Shown one piece after another: positions 1-9,164 of a stretch of 64,000 bases of DNA (its first letter is position 1; each line of letters starts with the position of its first letter). Origin of the DNA: Flavobacterium sp. GTDB taxonomy: Bacteria > Bacteroidota > Bacteroidia > Flavobacteriales > Flavobacteriaceae. A program made the translations under genes and the position numbers. The notes below the pieces were generated by a model, which saw only the letters and a program-made list of their open reading frames with translations, was not told the origin of the DNA and did no database searches. The stretch spans positions 3,554 through 67,553 of the forward strand of contig NZ_PNJW01000006.1 in the NCBI RefSeq assembly GCF_013822155.1. The letters are read 5' to 3'.

Positions 1-2
1 AA

Positions 3-197
3 CGAAAAATATTTTTGACAAAACTCAATCAACCTGAAAATTTATCGAATGAATACATTGAAGATTTTATTAGAGAAGTACTTTCCATTGCGGTAGAACG
101 AAAGTTTAAAGTGGTTCCAACTCACCCTAAATTGGCTCATTTTTTCAGAAAAAATCCAGCTTATAAGGAATTACTTCCTCCGGGAATTAAGTTATAA
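3..197 (+). CDS. 3' end of a CDS that begins upstream of the window (product unknown)
   Basis: Frame is open from base 3 to the TAA at 195-197. The TTG at 15 used by the ORF track is probably not a real start. The stop abuts the next gene (ATG at 200). No family recognised from the 64 C-terminal residues. Confidence 0.4.
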   Translation, partial: RKIFLTKLNQPENLSNEYIEDFIREVLSIAVERKFKVVPTHPKLAHFFRKNPAYKELLPPGIKL

Positions 198-199
198 TA

Positions 200-826
200 A
201 TGAAATGTCCACTTTGTAATCATCCTTCTAACCATTTCTACAGTCAAAAATCGCGTGAATTTTATTTTTGCACCAAATGCTTTTCCGTATTCTTAGATGA
301 TAAAAACTACATTTCAGAAATAGAGGAAAGAAAACATTATGAATTACATAATAATGATGTGAACGACATTCGTTACCAATCATTTGTTTCTCCAATTGTA
401 GATAGTATTCTTAACGATTTCAAAAAAACAGATAAGGGTTTGGACTTTGGTTCCGGAACCGGACCTGTTATCACAAAAATGTTGCGTGATAATAACTATG
501 ACATACAGGAATATGATCCCTTTTTTGCGGATAACTCGGAAGCTTTAACACAAAAATACGATTACATTGCTTGTTGTGAAGTGATTGAGCATTTTCACCA
601 TCCCAAAAAAGAATTTGAATTACTTTTCAATCTTTTGAAACCCGGTGGAAAATTATACTGCAAAACCGATTTGTTTTCCGAATCAAAAAACTTCGATTCC
701 TGGGGGTATAAAAATGATCCGACACACGTTTTCTTTTACCATCCCAAAACGATGACATGGATTCAAGAAAATATTGGTTTTTCGAGTGTGAAAATTGAGG
801 GGAGATTGATTGTTTTTGAGAGGTAA
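200..826 (+). CDS. Class I SAM-dependent methyltransferase with N-terminal 4-Cys zinc ribbon
   Basis: CPLC...CTKC at the N-terminus. SAM-binding motif I 'LDFGSGTGPV' and a downstream acidic 'YD' post-I motif. Typical ~200-aa size. Confidence 0.75.
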   Translation: MKCPLCNHPSNHFYSQKSREFYFCTKCFSVFLDDKNYISEIEERKHYELHNNDVNDIRYQSFVSPIVDSILNDFKKTDKGLDFGSGTGPVITKMLRDNNYDIQEYDPFFADNSEALTQKYDYIACCEVIEHFHHPKKEFELLFNLLKPGGKLYCKTDLFSESKNFDSWGYKNDPTHVFFYHPKTMTWIQENIGFSSVKIEGRLIVFER

Positions 827-829
827 ATT

Positions 830-2167
830 CTAAATACTAACCATATCTCTCACAAATTCCATTCTTACCGAACCATCTTCATCAATTTTTGTCAGTTTAA
901 CTTCGTGTAAAGTATTCACTAATTCCGGATTCCAGGGGGTTTTTACTTTCACATAGTTTTCGGTAAAACCGTGAATGTAACCTTCTTTGTTTTCTGCTTC
1001 AAATAGAACCGTTCTAGTAGTTCCTAGTTGACTTTCATAAAAAGACCTGCGTTTCTTTACAGACAATCCGCGAAGCATTTTGCTGCGTTTCGAACGTACA
1101 TTTCCATGAACGACTCCTTCCATTTCGGCAGCTTCAGTATTATCTCGTTCAGAATAAGTAAAAACATGCAAATACGAAATGTCCAAATCATTCAAAAAAT
1201 GATAGGTTTCTAAAAAATGCTCATCAGTTTCACCCGGGAAACCCACAATAACATCCACTCCAATACAAGCATCGGGCATCACTTCACGGATTTTATTCAC
1301 GCGATCAACATATAATTCACGTAAATAGCGACGTTTCATTTTCTTCAACACCTCATTACTCCCCGATTGCAATGGTATATGAAAATGAGGCACAAACGTT
1401 CGGCTTTTCGATACAAATTCAATCGTTTCGTTTTTCAATAAATTCGGTTCGATAGACGAAATTCGCAAACGCTCAATGCCATCCACTTCATCCAACGCCT
1501 GAACCAATTCTAAAAAAGTATGTTCGTGTTTTTTATTTCCAAATTCGCCTTTGCCATAATCTCCAATGTTCACTCCGGTCAACACAATTTCTTTGATACC
1601 CTGTTGCGAAATTTCTTTGGCGTTTTTCAACACATTTTCCAATTCATCACTACGTGAAATTCCTCGTGCAAGCGGAATCGTGCAATACGTACATTTGTAA
1701 TCGCACCCATCTTGTACTTTCAAAAACGCACGGGTTCGGTCGCCAATCGAATAACTGCCTACATAAAAATTGGCTTCTTCAATCTCGCAAGAGTGGATTT
1801 CACCCATGTCGTTTTTACTCAAATCGTTGATATAATCGGTAATTTTGAACTTTTCAGTCGCTCCCAAAACCAAATCGACACCATCAACAGCCGCTAATTC
1901 TTCCGGTTTTAACTGAGCATAACATCCAACAGCAGCTACAAACGCTTTCGCATTGTGCTTCAACGCTTTTTTAACCATTTGTTTAAATTGCTTGTCGGCA
2001 TTATCGGTGACAGAACATGTGTTTATCACATAAATATCGGCTACTTCTTCAAAATCAACCCGTTCAAAACCTTCTTGTTGAAAGTTTCGGGCAATAGTAG
2101 AGGTTTCTGAAAAATTCAGTTTACAACCTAACGTGTAAAAAGCGACTTTTTTTTGGTTTGCTGTCAT
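830..2167 (-). CDS. mtaB: tRNA (t6A37) methylthiotransferase MtaB (radical SAM, MiaB/RimO family)
   Basis: N-terminal 'FYTLGCKLNFSETS' UPF0004 domain. Radical-SAM 'CDYKCTYCTIP' (CxxxCxxC). C-terminal TRAM-like domain. 445 aa fits MtaB rather than MiaB. Confidence 0.85.
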   Translation of the reverse strand: MTANQKKVAFYTLGCKLNFSETSTIARNFQQEGFERVDFEEVADIYVINTCSVTDNADKQFKQMVKKALKHNAKAFVAAVGCYAQLKPEELAAVDGVDLVLGATEKFKITDYINDLSKNDMGEIHSCEIEEANFYVGSYSIGDRTRAFLKVQDGCDYKCTYCTIPLARGISRSDELENVLKNAKEISQQGIKEIVLTGVNIGDYGKGEFGNKKHEHTFLELVQALDEVDGIERLRISSIEPNLLKNETIEFVSKSRTFVPHFHIPLQSGSNEVLKKMKRRYLRELYVDRVNKIREVMPDACIGVDVIVGFPGETDEHFLETYHFLNDLDISYLHVFTYSERDNTEAAEMEGVVHGNVRSKRSKMLRGLSVKKRRSFYESQLGTTRTVLFEAENKEGYIHGFTENYVKVKTPWNPELVNTLHEVKLTKIDEDGSVRMEFVRDMVSI

Positions 2168-2231
2168 ATTCTGATTTCCTAAAATTGGAAAAAGGGTTTC
2201 TTTACTTATATTTACCCTATTAAAAAGAGTG

Positions 2232-2239
2232 CAAATTTA
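2232..2239 (-). promoter_or_regulatory. Candidate Bacteroidota -7 box (TAAATTTG) for mtaB
   Basis: Plus strand reads caaattta, which is TAnnTTTG on the minus strand, about 65 nt upstream of the mtaB ATG. Confidence 0.35.
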
Positions 2240-2257
2240 CACACAATATTCGGAAAA

Positions 2258-3862
2258 ATGAAATCATTAATTCGTTATCTATCACTAGTTTACTTCTCGT
2301 TACTTTTGATTTCTTGCGGAAAAAATCAAACTAATGTTAATGACAAACTTGTTTTTCGCTATAACGAGTATGCCAATATTGCTACGTTAGACCCTGCTTT
2401 TTCTAAATCCCAAAATAGCATTTGGGCTTGCAATCAACTCTTTAACGGGTTGGTTCAGTTAGATGACAGTTTACATATTCAGCCGGATATTGCCAAAAGT
2501 TGGACGATTTCAGAAGATGGAAAAACCTATCAATTTGTGTTGCGAAAGGATATTTATTTTCACAAACACATTCTTTTTGGTAAAGATTCTACCCGAACAG
2601 TTAAAGCCATTGATTTCGAATACAGTTTAAAACGATTGAAAGACGAAAAAGTGGCTTCACCCGGCGGGTGGATTTTGCAAAATGTAGAAAAGATTCAAGC
2701 ATTAAATGATACGTTGGTTGAAATAAAATTAACCCAATCTTTTCCGGCATTTTTAGGATTATTATCGATGAAATATGCGTCGGTTGTTCCGAAAGAAATT
2801 ATTGAAAGTCCGAATTATGATTTCAGAACCAACCCTATCGGAACCGGACCCTTTCTATTTAAATTTTGGGAAGAAAATGTAAAATTAGTGTTGAGAAGAA
2901 ATCCGATTTATTTTGAAAAAGATGAAAAAGGCATTCAACTCCCCTATTTGGAAGCCGTTGCGATTACTTTTTTACCCGACAAACAAAGTGGCTTTTTAGA
3001 ATTTATTCAAGGAAAAATTGATTTTATCTCCGGTTTGGATCCATCGTATAAAGATGAAATTCTAACGCAAAAAGGTGAATTACAACCGAAATATGCCAAC
3101 GATGTCAATTTGATTAGCGGACCCTACCTCAACACGGAATATTTAGGTTTTAGAATGGATGGAACAGATAAAACTATTTTAGACAAACGCATCCGACAAG
3201 CCTTAAATTATGGATTTGATAGAGCTAAAATGATTACCTATTTGCGAAACAACATGGGAATTCCGGCCACAAGCGGAGTAATTCCAAGTGGAATGCCGAG
3301 TTTTAACAACCAAAAAGGCTATGATTTTGACCCTGAAAAAGCCAAAGCATTAGTGGCAGATTATGTCAAAGAAACCGGTATCAAAAAACCAAAAATCTTT
3401 TTGAGCACAAATGCCTCTTACATTGATATTGCCGAATTTTTGCAACGAGAATGGCAGAAAATTGGGTTAGAGGTTGAAATTGATGTGAATCCACCCTCAA
3501 CATTGCGACAAGCGATTGCCACCGGAAAAGTGACATTTTTCAGAGCAAGTTGGATTGCCGATTATCCCGATGCGGAGAATTATTTATCGCTTTTTTACAG
3601 TAAAAACTTTGCTCCGAATGGGCCGAATTATACACATTTCTCCAATGCCAAATTTGATGGTTTGTATGAAAAAGCATTTTTAGAAACCGATGATGCAAAG
3701 CGATTTGAATTGTACCAACAAATGGATAAAATCATCATTGAAGAAGCTCCTATTATTCCGTTGTTTTATGATAAAGTAGCTCGGTTTACGAGGAAAAATG
3801 TAGATGGTTTGGGGATTAATCCGTTGAATTTGTTATCTTTAAAGAAAGTAAAAAAGAAATAA
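2258..3862 (+). CDS. ABC-transporter family-5 (peptide/nickel type) substrate-binding lipoprotein, orphan
   Basis: Lipobox 'LLISCGKN'. Length and conserved stretches typical of SBP_bac_5 ('DPA...', 'GTGPF', 'WIADYPDAENYL'). No permease or ATPase gene adjacent. Confidence 0.8.
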   Translation: MKSLIRYLSLVYFSLLLISCGKNQTNVNDKLVFRYNEYANIATLDPAFSKSQNSIWACNQLFNGLVQLDDSLHIQPDIAKSWTISEDGKTYQFVLRKDIYFHKHILFGKDSTRTVKAIDFEYSLKRLKDEKVASPGGWILQNVEKIQALNDTLVEIKLTQSFPAFLGLLSMKYASVVPKEIIESPNYDFRTNPIGTGPFLFKFWEENVKLVLRRNPIYFEKDEKGIQLPYLEAVAITFLPDKQSGFLEFIQGKIDFISGLDPSYKDEILTQKGELQPKYANDVNLISGPYLNTEYLGFRMDGTDKTILDKRIRQALNYGFDRAKMITYLRNNMGIPATSGVIPSGMPSFNNQKGYDFDPEKAKALVADYVKETGIKKPKIFLSTNASYIDIAEFLQREWQKIGLEVEIDVNPPSTLRQAIATGKVTFFRASWIADYPDAENYLSLFYSKNFAPNGPNYTHFSNAKFDGLYEKAFLETDDAKRFELYQQMDKIIIEEAPIIPLFYDKVARFTRKNVDGLGINPLNLLSLKKVKKK

Positions 3863-3863
3863 A

Positions 3864-4160
3864 ATGCCGGGAGAAGGTTCAATGTTGCATGCTTTAATCA
3901 GTTCGAGAAACAACAAACGCAATCGAATTGACAAACTAAAACGTTTGGAAAACACGTCCAACGAAACGTCTGAGTTTGTTGATCCTATTCAGGCAACACC
4001 AGAATTATTAGAATCCATCCGAGAAAAAATGCTTATTGAACGGAAATTAGAACGAAAAAAACTTATTGTAAAAGTTACGTTGTTTCTGATTGTGCTTTTT
4101 ATACTTCTTTATGTTTTTAATCACAATTGGAAATGGATTGAGGGATTTTTTATAAAGTAA
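3864..4160 (+). CDS. Hypothetical small protein with C-terminal transmembrane helix
   Basis: ATG lies 1 nt after the stop of the SBP gene. Basic/coiled N-terminal part followed by a 'VTLFLIVLFILLYVF' TM segment. No family recognised. Confidence 0.45.
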   Translation: MPGEGSMLHALISSRNNKRNRIDKLKRLENTSNETSEFVDPIQATPELLESIREKMLIERKLERKKLIVKVTLFLIVLFILLYVFNHNWKWIEGFFIK

Positions 4161-4181
4161 AGTGATGATTTAACCGCAAAA

Positions 4182-5357
4182 TTACTCCTTCCTCCACTTC
4201 TTAGTCTCTTCAAACACATGTTCTAAAATTCTCGCATCTTCTTCCGTGAATTCCACATGACGACGAGACATAACGATTCGAGCGGTTTCAAAGGCTTTTT
4301 TAGTGATGTAAGTAGTAAACCCGGCTGCTCCACCCCAACTGAAACTCGGCACAAAATTTCTTGGAAATCCACTACCAAAAATATTGGTGGAAACGCCCAC
4401 TACGGTTCCGGTGTTAAACATGGTGTTGATTCCACATTTACTGTGGTCGCCCATCATTAAACCGCAAAACTGCAAACCGGTTTTTTCAAAACCTTCCGTT
4501 TCATAACTCCATAATTTCACCTCATCATAATTATTTTTTAGGTTGGAATTATTAGAATCGGCTCCTATGTTGCACCATTCACCCAACACCGCATTTCCTA
4601 AAAAGCCATCATGTCCTTTGTTGGAATAGCCAAAAAGAACAGAGTTATTCACTTCACCTCCTATTCGGCAATGTGGTCCAACAGTCGTGGCTCCATAAAC
4701 CTTAGTAGCTAATTTCACTTGGGCTTCTTCACATAGGGCAAACGGACCGCGAATCACAGAACCTTCCATGATTTCGGAATTATACCCAATATAAATGGGC
4801 CCGATGGAGGCATTTAACGTGACAAATTCGAGCTTGGCTCCTTTTTCTATAAATATATTTTCAGGATTAATGACGTTCACGCTTTTTGGGATCGGTTGCG
4901 AGGTTCTTCCTTCGGTTAACAATTCAAAATCTTCTCGTATGGCGGCATCATTTTTGGCGAAAATATCCCATGTATGTTCTAAACGTAAACCTTCTTCGTT
5001 GTAATCGATGATTTCGTAGGTATCAAAATCTACTTCTTCTTGTGTGTCATTCGTGTAAAAAGCCACTACTTCTTCGCCTTTAAAAATGGCTTGATTTTTT
5101 TCTAAACTTTTAATCATTTCTACCAATACTTCGTTAGGAAGAAAGGACGAATTGATTAGAATATTTTCTTCCATTTCCACCATGGGATATTTTTCTGATA
5201 AATAGTCTTCCGTGATAGTGGTGGTGGTATAGCCTAAATATTTTTCCCATTTTTCACGAATGGTTAAAATTCCAATACGAATGTCTGCTACCGGACGAGT
5301 AAATGTAAACGGTAAAAGTGCCTTGCGAACCGGTCCGTCAAAAAGTATATAGTTCAT
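4182..5357 (-). CDS. GlmU-like putative sugar nucleotidyltransferase/acyltransferase (left-handed beta-helix)
   Basis: C-terminal half shows hexapeptide-repeat character ('IGPHCRIGGEVNNSVLFGYSNKGHDGFLGNAVLGEWCNIGADSNNSN'). 391 aa is typical of the Bacteroidota GlmU-family paralogue. Confidence 0.6.
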   Translation of the reverse strand: MNYILFDGPVRKALLPFTFTRPVADIRIGILTIREKWEKYLGYTTTTITEDYLSEKYPMVEMEENILINSSFLPNEVLVEMIKSLEKNQAIFKGEEVVAFYTNDTQEEVDFDTYEIIDYNEEGLRLEHTWDIFAKNDAAIREDFELLTEGRTSQPIPKSVNVINPENIFIEKGAKLEFVTLNASIGPIYIGYNSEIMEGSVIRGPFALCEEAQVKLATKVYGATTVGPHCRIGGEVNNSVLFGYSNKGHDGFLGNAVLGEWCNIGADSNNSNLKNNYDEVKLWSYETEGFEKTGLQFCGLMMGDHSKCGINTMFNTGTVVGVSTNIFGSGFPRNFVPSFSWGGAAGFTTYITKKAFETARIVMSRRHVEFTEEDARILEHVFEETKKWRKE

Positions 5358-5391
5358 GTTGTTTGTATTATTTTTTGAAATTCAAAGTTAT

Positions 5392-5420
5392 AAAAAAGCC
5401 CTCACAAAGGAGGGCTTTTT
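5392..5420 (-). terminator. Rho-independent terminator after the FG-GAP/ASPIC gene
   Basis: gccctc-acaaag-gagggc hairpin flanked by A6 and T5 runs. Confidence 0.6.
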
Positions 5421-5445
5421 CAAAATTTAGTTTGGTTGAGTTTTT

Positions 5446-7506
5446 TTATTGTTTGATAAATTTCTGTGTAGAAAGATTTCCATCACTGTCTTTCGCCAAA
5501 AGAAGGTAAGTCCCTACTGATAAAGATTGAACAGAAATTGTTTCTTTTACCACATCAGAAGTTAAAACTTTACGTCCGTTCAAATCAAAAATTTCAACAG
5601 AAACTATAGAACTTGTTGTTGAACTTTTCAAGGTTACAAAGTCTTTTGCTGGATTTGGATACAACACAAAATTAGAAATAGTATTTTGATTAACACTCAA
5701 AGTAGCTCCTTCAACCACTAATAAAGTTTGGTTAGGAGAAGGGTTTACAATAGTATCAACAAGACCGGATGGCCATCTGATAATCACCTGATCAATTGCT
5801 GTTGCTTGACCAATTCCGAAATGTACATTCAAAGAACTCATGTATTTAAAACCATCGCCACTTCGAACATCACGGATTTGTTTTCCCCAAGCTCCATAAA
5901 TTTCTACTCGGGCTCCAATACCGTTACGGTTACTTTGAATACCTTGTAAATTTAATTTTATCCACTTATTAGAATTTCCATTACTAATTCTTAATGTAGC
6001 ACCGGTTTGAAAATCAATGAAACCATCATTATTTAAATCCCCAACTGGACTTACACCAAAACCAACACCGGAAGGAGCAAATGTTCCATCTCCTTTATTG
6101 TACATGATTTTATTTCCACCACCCATTACGTCAACAAATCCATCATTATCAAAATCATGAGCAATATGTTCGATATTAGTACTCGTGTTAATATCCCATC
6201 CTGAACCGGCTGTAATATCTGTAAAAGTTCCATCGCCATTATTTCTCATGTATTTATGAGTTCCATCAGTGGTAGAACTTGCACCAATAAGTGCATCCAT
6301 GTCACCATCATTATCATAATCAGCCCATGCTGATGACCAGGTTTGAACCGGATCATACATATTAGCGGCAGTAGAAACATCTGTAAAGGTTCCATCCCCA
6401 TTATTTCTGTGTAATTCATTGAACTTTGCTGTTCCTGAACCACCACGACATTTGGCAATAAACAAATCCTGGTCACCATCATTATCATAATCAATCCAAA
6501 TAGAACCATAATTTCCTCCATTTGGATGAATTCCTAATAGAATAGCTCCGGGAGTAACCGTTGATTGATAAAAAGTAAAACCTCCCCAACCATCATTAAG
6601 GAAATAAACATTAGGCTGAACGTCATGACAAGAAAAAGCATCTAAATGACCATCATTATTTATATCAACGAAATTAGTACGTTGACAAAAAACATATTCT
6701 GAAAAAGTATTTTGATCATATCCATTTCCTGCTTCATTTGATTTCATAAAAGTAACACCATTACCACCGCCATACATCAAATCATTTAAACCGTCTTTGT
6801 TATAATCTGCTGCTGCTAAACTCCAAGAAGGCATATTTGTTGCTGAAGAAGTTGGATAATCGGTAACGGTAAAAGTTCCTCCGGCATTTTGAGTATGAAT
6901 TCGAATGTTGTCCTGATTTACACCCACGATGTCGTCTAAATAATCCCCATTCATATCTACCACAGTGATATTATATTGACTATTAACAGAAGCAAGAGCT
7001 TGGTTTGTAAAAGTAACCGGATTAGCAATTGGCTCTTGATAAGGAGCTTCAATCAATTGAAAAGTAAACCCATTAGCAGACCAACGGTTATCAAAAGCTA
7101 TAGTGTAGGTAATATTTGCTAAAACCACAAAAGTACTCACAGAAGAGTAACCACTTCCCATATCATCATCACCGGCATAGCAAGATAATGCTCCACAAGT
7201 ACCTGTATATACATGAAAGCGTGTATCTACTCTTGGTGTATTAGCCGCTATATCCGTTGTTATTGTAATAGTATAATTTTGAGTTGGAGTATACGTATAC
7301 CATTTCCCTCTAGGCCCATTTGGAGCTGCATTTGTAGGTACGGCTCCATTTGCCGTACACACAGTTACGGGAACTTGAGAACCATTAACGGCGTCAACAA
7401 TATAGAGCCCAGCTCCCGGCAAAACTGCTGCAGAAGCACATGTATCTTGTGCATTGGAAAGTTGAATTCCTATGCAAAAAAGAATTAAATAAGTAATTTT
7501 CTTCAT
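5446..7506 (-). CDS. T9SS-secreted FG-GAP/VCBS-repeat protein with ASPIC/UnbV domain
   Basis: Signal peptide. Multiple 'D.N.DG..D' FG-GAP calcium loops (DMNGDYLDD, DYNKDGLND, DINNDGHLD, DYDNDGDQD, DYDNDGDMD, DFDNDGFVD, DLNNDGFID). 'NRNGIGARVEIY...IRWPSG' ASPIC/UnbV motif. C-terminal 'YPNPAKD...GTYLL...' type-A T9SS sorting domain. Confidence 0.8.
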   Translation of the reverse strand: MKKITYLILFCIGIQLSNAQDTCASAAVLPGAGLYIVDAVNGSQVPVTVCTANGAVPTNAAPNGPRGKWYTYTPTQNYTITITTDIAANTPRVDTRFHVYTGTCGALSCYAGDDDMGSGYSSVSTFVVLANITYTIAFDNRWSANGFTFQLIEAPYQEPIANPVTFTNQALASVNSQYNITVVDMNGDYLDDIVGVNQDNIRIHTQNAGGTFTVTDYPTSSATNMPSWSLAAADYNKDGLNDLMYGGGNGVTFMKSNEAGNGYDQNTFSEYVFCQRTNFVDINNDGHLDAFSCHDVQPNVYFLNDGWGGFTFYQSTVTPGAILLGIHPNGGNYGSIWIDYDNDGDQDLFIAKCRGGSGTAKFNELHRNNGDGTFTDVSTAANMYDPVQTWSSAWADYDNDGDMDALIGASSTTDGTHKYMRNNGDGTFTDITAGSGWDINTSTNIEHIAHDFDNDGFVDVMGGGNKIMYNKGDGTFAPSGVGFGVSPVGDLNNDGFIDFQTGATLRISNGNSNKWIKLNLQGIQSNRNGIGARVEIYGAWGKQIRDVRSGDGFKYMSSLNVHFGIGQATAIDQVIIRWPSGLVDTIVNPSPNQTLLVVEGATLSVNQNTISNFVLYPNPAKDFVTLKSSTTSSIVSVEIFDLNGRKVLTSDVVKETISVQSLSVGTYLLLAKDSDGNLSTQKFIKQ

Positions 7507-7543
7507 TTGGTTAATATTAGTATAGTTTAGTTAATTTAGTTTT

Positions 7544-8971
7544 TTATAAACAAGGTCCTGATAATGAATTTATCCATTCTTGAATCAAGGCTGCTCCTTC
7601 TTCATGTATCATTGATCTTCCAATAAGTGGCATCATATAGGCTTCATCCGCAGTATTCAGACGATAATATAACATAGATCGGTTGCTGTTTCCAGGAGTA
7701 ACAATTTTACTTAAAGCTGAAGGGAAACCAGCCATATCTTGAGTATCAACGCAAACGCCCATGTTTACTAAGTTTGTTGTTTCACCAAAGGCAAATCGCA
7801 TCGGTCGATAATCACAATGGCTATTGTTACGATGACAATGAGCACAATTCATATCAACATAAGAGCGTACTCTTAATTCTAATGGTTTAGAAGTGTCTCT
7901 GTAATCGACGGTAGAAACAATATTTCCCGGTAAATTATTTTCCAAATAACCTTGTTCAATCCATTTTGACAATTGATTCTTAGAACCGGTTGAATAGGTA
8001 TAGTTGAAATTAATATTTTGTGGTTTGATACCAATTGGAACGGCCACTTCATTCGATTTATGACAGGTCATGCATTGTGGCCCAGAGGGTATTCTGTAAG
8101 ATGACGTACTTTTAGTAACATTATTTTCATCTATCCAAGTGATACTGGTATTGCTTCCATTCATGTCTAAAAAAGCCTCCGTTTGTTCAGTATTCCACAC
8201 ATATTCTGCAAAAATCCATTCCTCTGCTTTACGAATCATGATTCTCGTTTCAATGATTCGGGTCACATTGCCCGGTTGAACATTATCATAATAGAAGTTT
8301 TTGATAATAACAGATCCTACCGGAAGTTCTAATAAATTTCCATCGCCTTCATAGGTTGCTTTTACACCGTTTGGCATCCAAACAAAACGTTTTTTATGGG
8401 CATAATCAGTAAAAAGCGGACTAGCCGGTTCATAAGGTAAAACCCCTAAAGAAGGTATTTGATTTTTCATCTCACCGGCAAAAAACTTATAATCAGAAAG
8501 TTTTTGATAAGGAACTTGTGTTAAGTCAACATCAGCTGTTTGAACTGCTATGATGGTAATAGTAGCCTGATTTGAAACATTTTCTTCTAAATCTTTAACG
8601 GTATATTTTATGGGAGTAGGATTATTTTGAAAGGAAGAATTCGGTGAAAAAGTAACAACTCCTGTCAACGCATGAACAGTCCAAACGCCTTCTCCCGGAA
8701 TTGTCAATTCATCTAAAGTTGTATTAGAATCCGTGTCAATTCCACCAATCAAACTAACCGTGGTTGGAATAATATCATCACCGCTTGTATCATTTAACAA
8801 AACCGAAATTTCAACTGTTTCAGCTAAGGCATAAGTTGCATTATCATCCGTTGCAACAGGTAAAACATCTTCAACAGGAACATAATCATCATCATTTGAA
8901 CAAGAAACTGTCACAAAAAAACAAGTTACAGCAATAAATAATGATAAAAGATAAGCGTAATTTTTTTTCAT
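7544..8971 (-). CDS. Surface lipoprotein with CshA/cadherin-like repeat and two CXXCH haem-binding motifs (SO_2930-like dihaem cytochrome c family, tentative)
   Basis: Start moved to 'MKKNYAYLL...VSCSNDDD' (lipobox plus acidic tail). 'VLLNDTSGDD...VTFSPN...YTVKD' adhesin-type repeat. CMTCH at 8060-8074 and CAHCH at 7832-7846 (verified on the reverse complement). Confidence 0.6.
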   Translation of the reverse strand: MKKNYAYLLSLFIAVTCFFVTVSCSNDDDYVPVEDVLPVATDDNATYALAETVEISVLLNDTSGDDIIPTTVSLIGGIDTDSNTTLDELTIPGEGVWTVHALTGVVTFSPNSSFQNNPTPIKYTVKDLEENVSNQATITIIAVQTADVDLTQVPYQKLSDYKFFAGEMKNQIPSLGVLPYEPASPLFTDYAHKKRFVWMPNGVKATYEGDGNLLELPVGSVIIKNFYYDNVQPGNVTRIIETRIMIRKAEEWIFAEYVWNTEQTEAFLDMNGSNTSITWIDENNVTKSTSSYRIPSGPQCMTCHKSNEVAVPIGIKPQNINFNYTYSTGSKNQLSKWIEQGYLENNLPGNIVSTVDYRDTSKPLELRVRSYVDMNCAHCHRNNSHCDYRPMRFAFGETTNLVNMGVCVDTQDMAGFPSALSKIVTPGNSNRSMLYYRLNTADEAYMMPLIGRSMIHEEGAALIQEWINSLSGPCL

Positions 8972-9164
8972 TTTTTGTTTTGGAATATGCATCAAAAATA
9001 ACAAAAAAACGATACGATTCACATTTTTAATGAATTAGTTTTGACTTTTTGACACCAAAAATGGGGATTAATAAAGCAAAAATGAAATAGCATAAATTTA
9101 TTTTATTAATTTTCTTACTTATAAAAAAACTTACTTAAAATAGATTTTCAAGATTATATAATTT

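Noticed and set aside
6246-6521. Internal, alternative-frame or antisense ORFs of 60-140 aa nested in long genes. Examples: 1028-1213, 6246-6521, 7213-7488, 10114-10350, 15610-15909, 19803-20153, 27607-28026, 43346-43636, 45721-45969, 59411-59758, 63061-63372
   Set aside because: All are fully contained in longer ORFs with strong family signatures. They show skewed low-complexity composition and lack independent start context, promoters or terminators.
9040-9060. Shared motif tttttgacacc(a/g)aaaa, also present at 57844-57860
   Set aside because: There are only two copies of an ~11-15-nt AT-rich string in 64 kb. They sit in different contexts (upstream of one gene, inside a terminator flank of another). 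This is compatible with chance.
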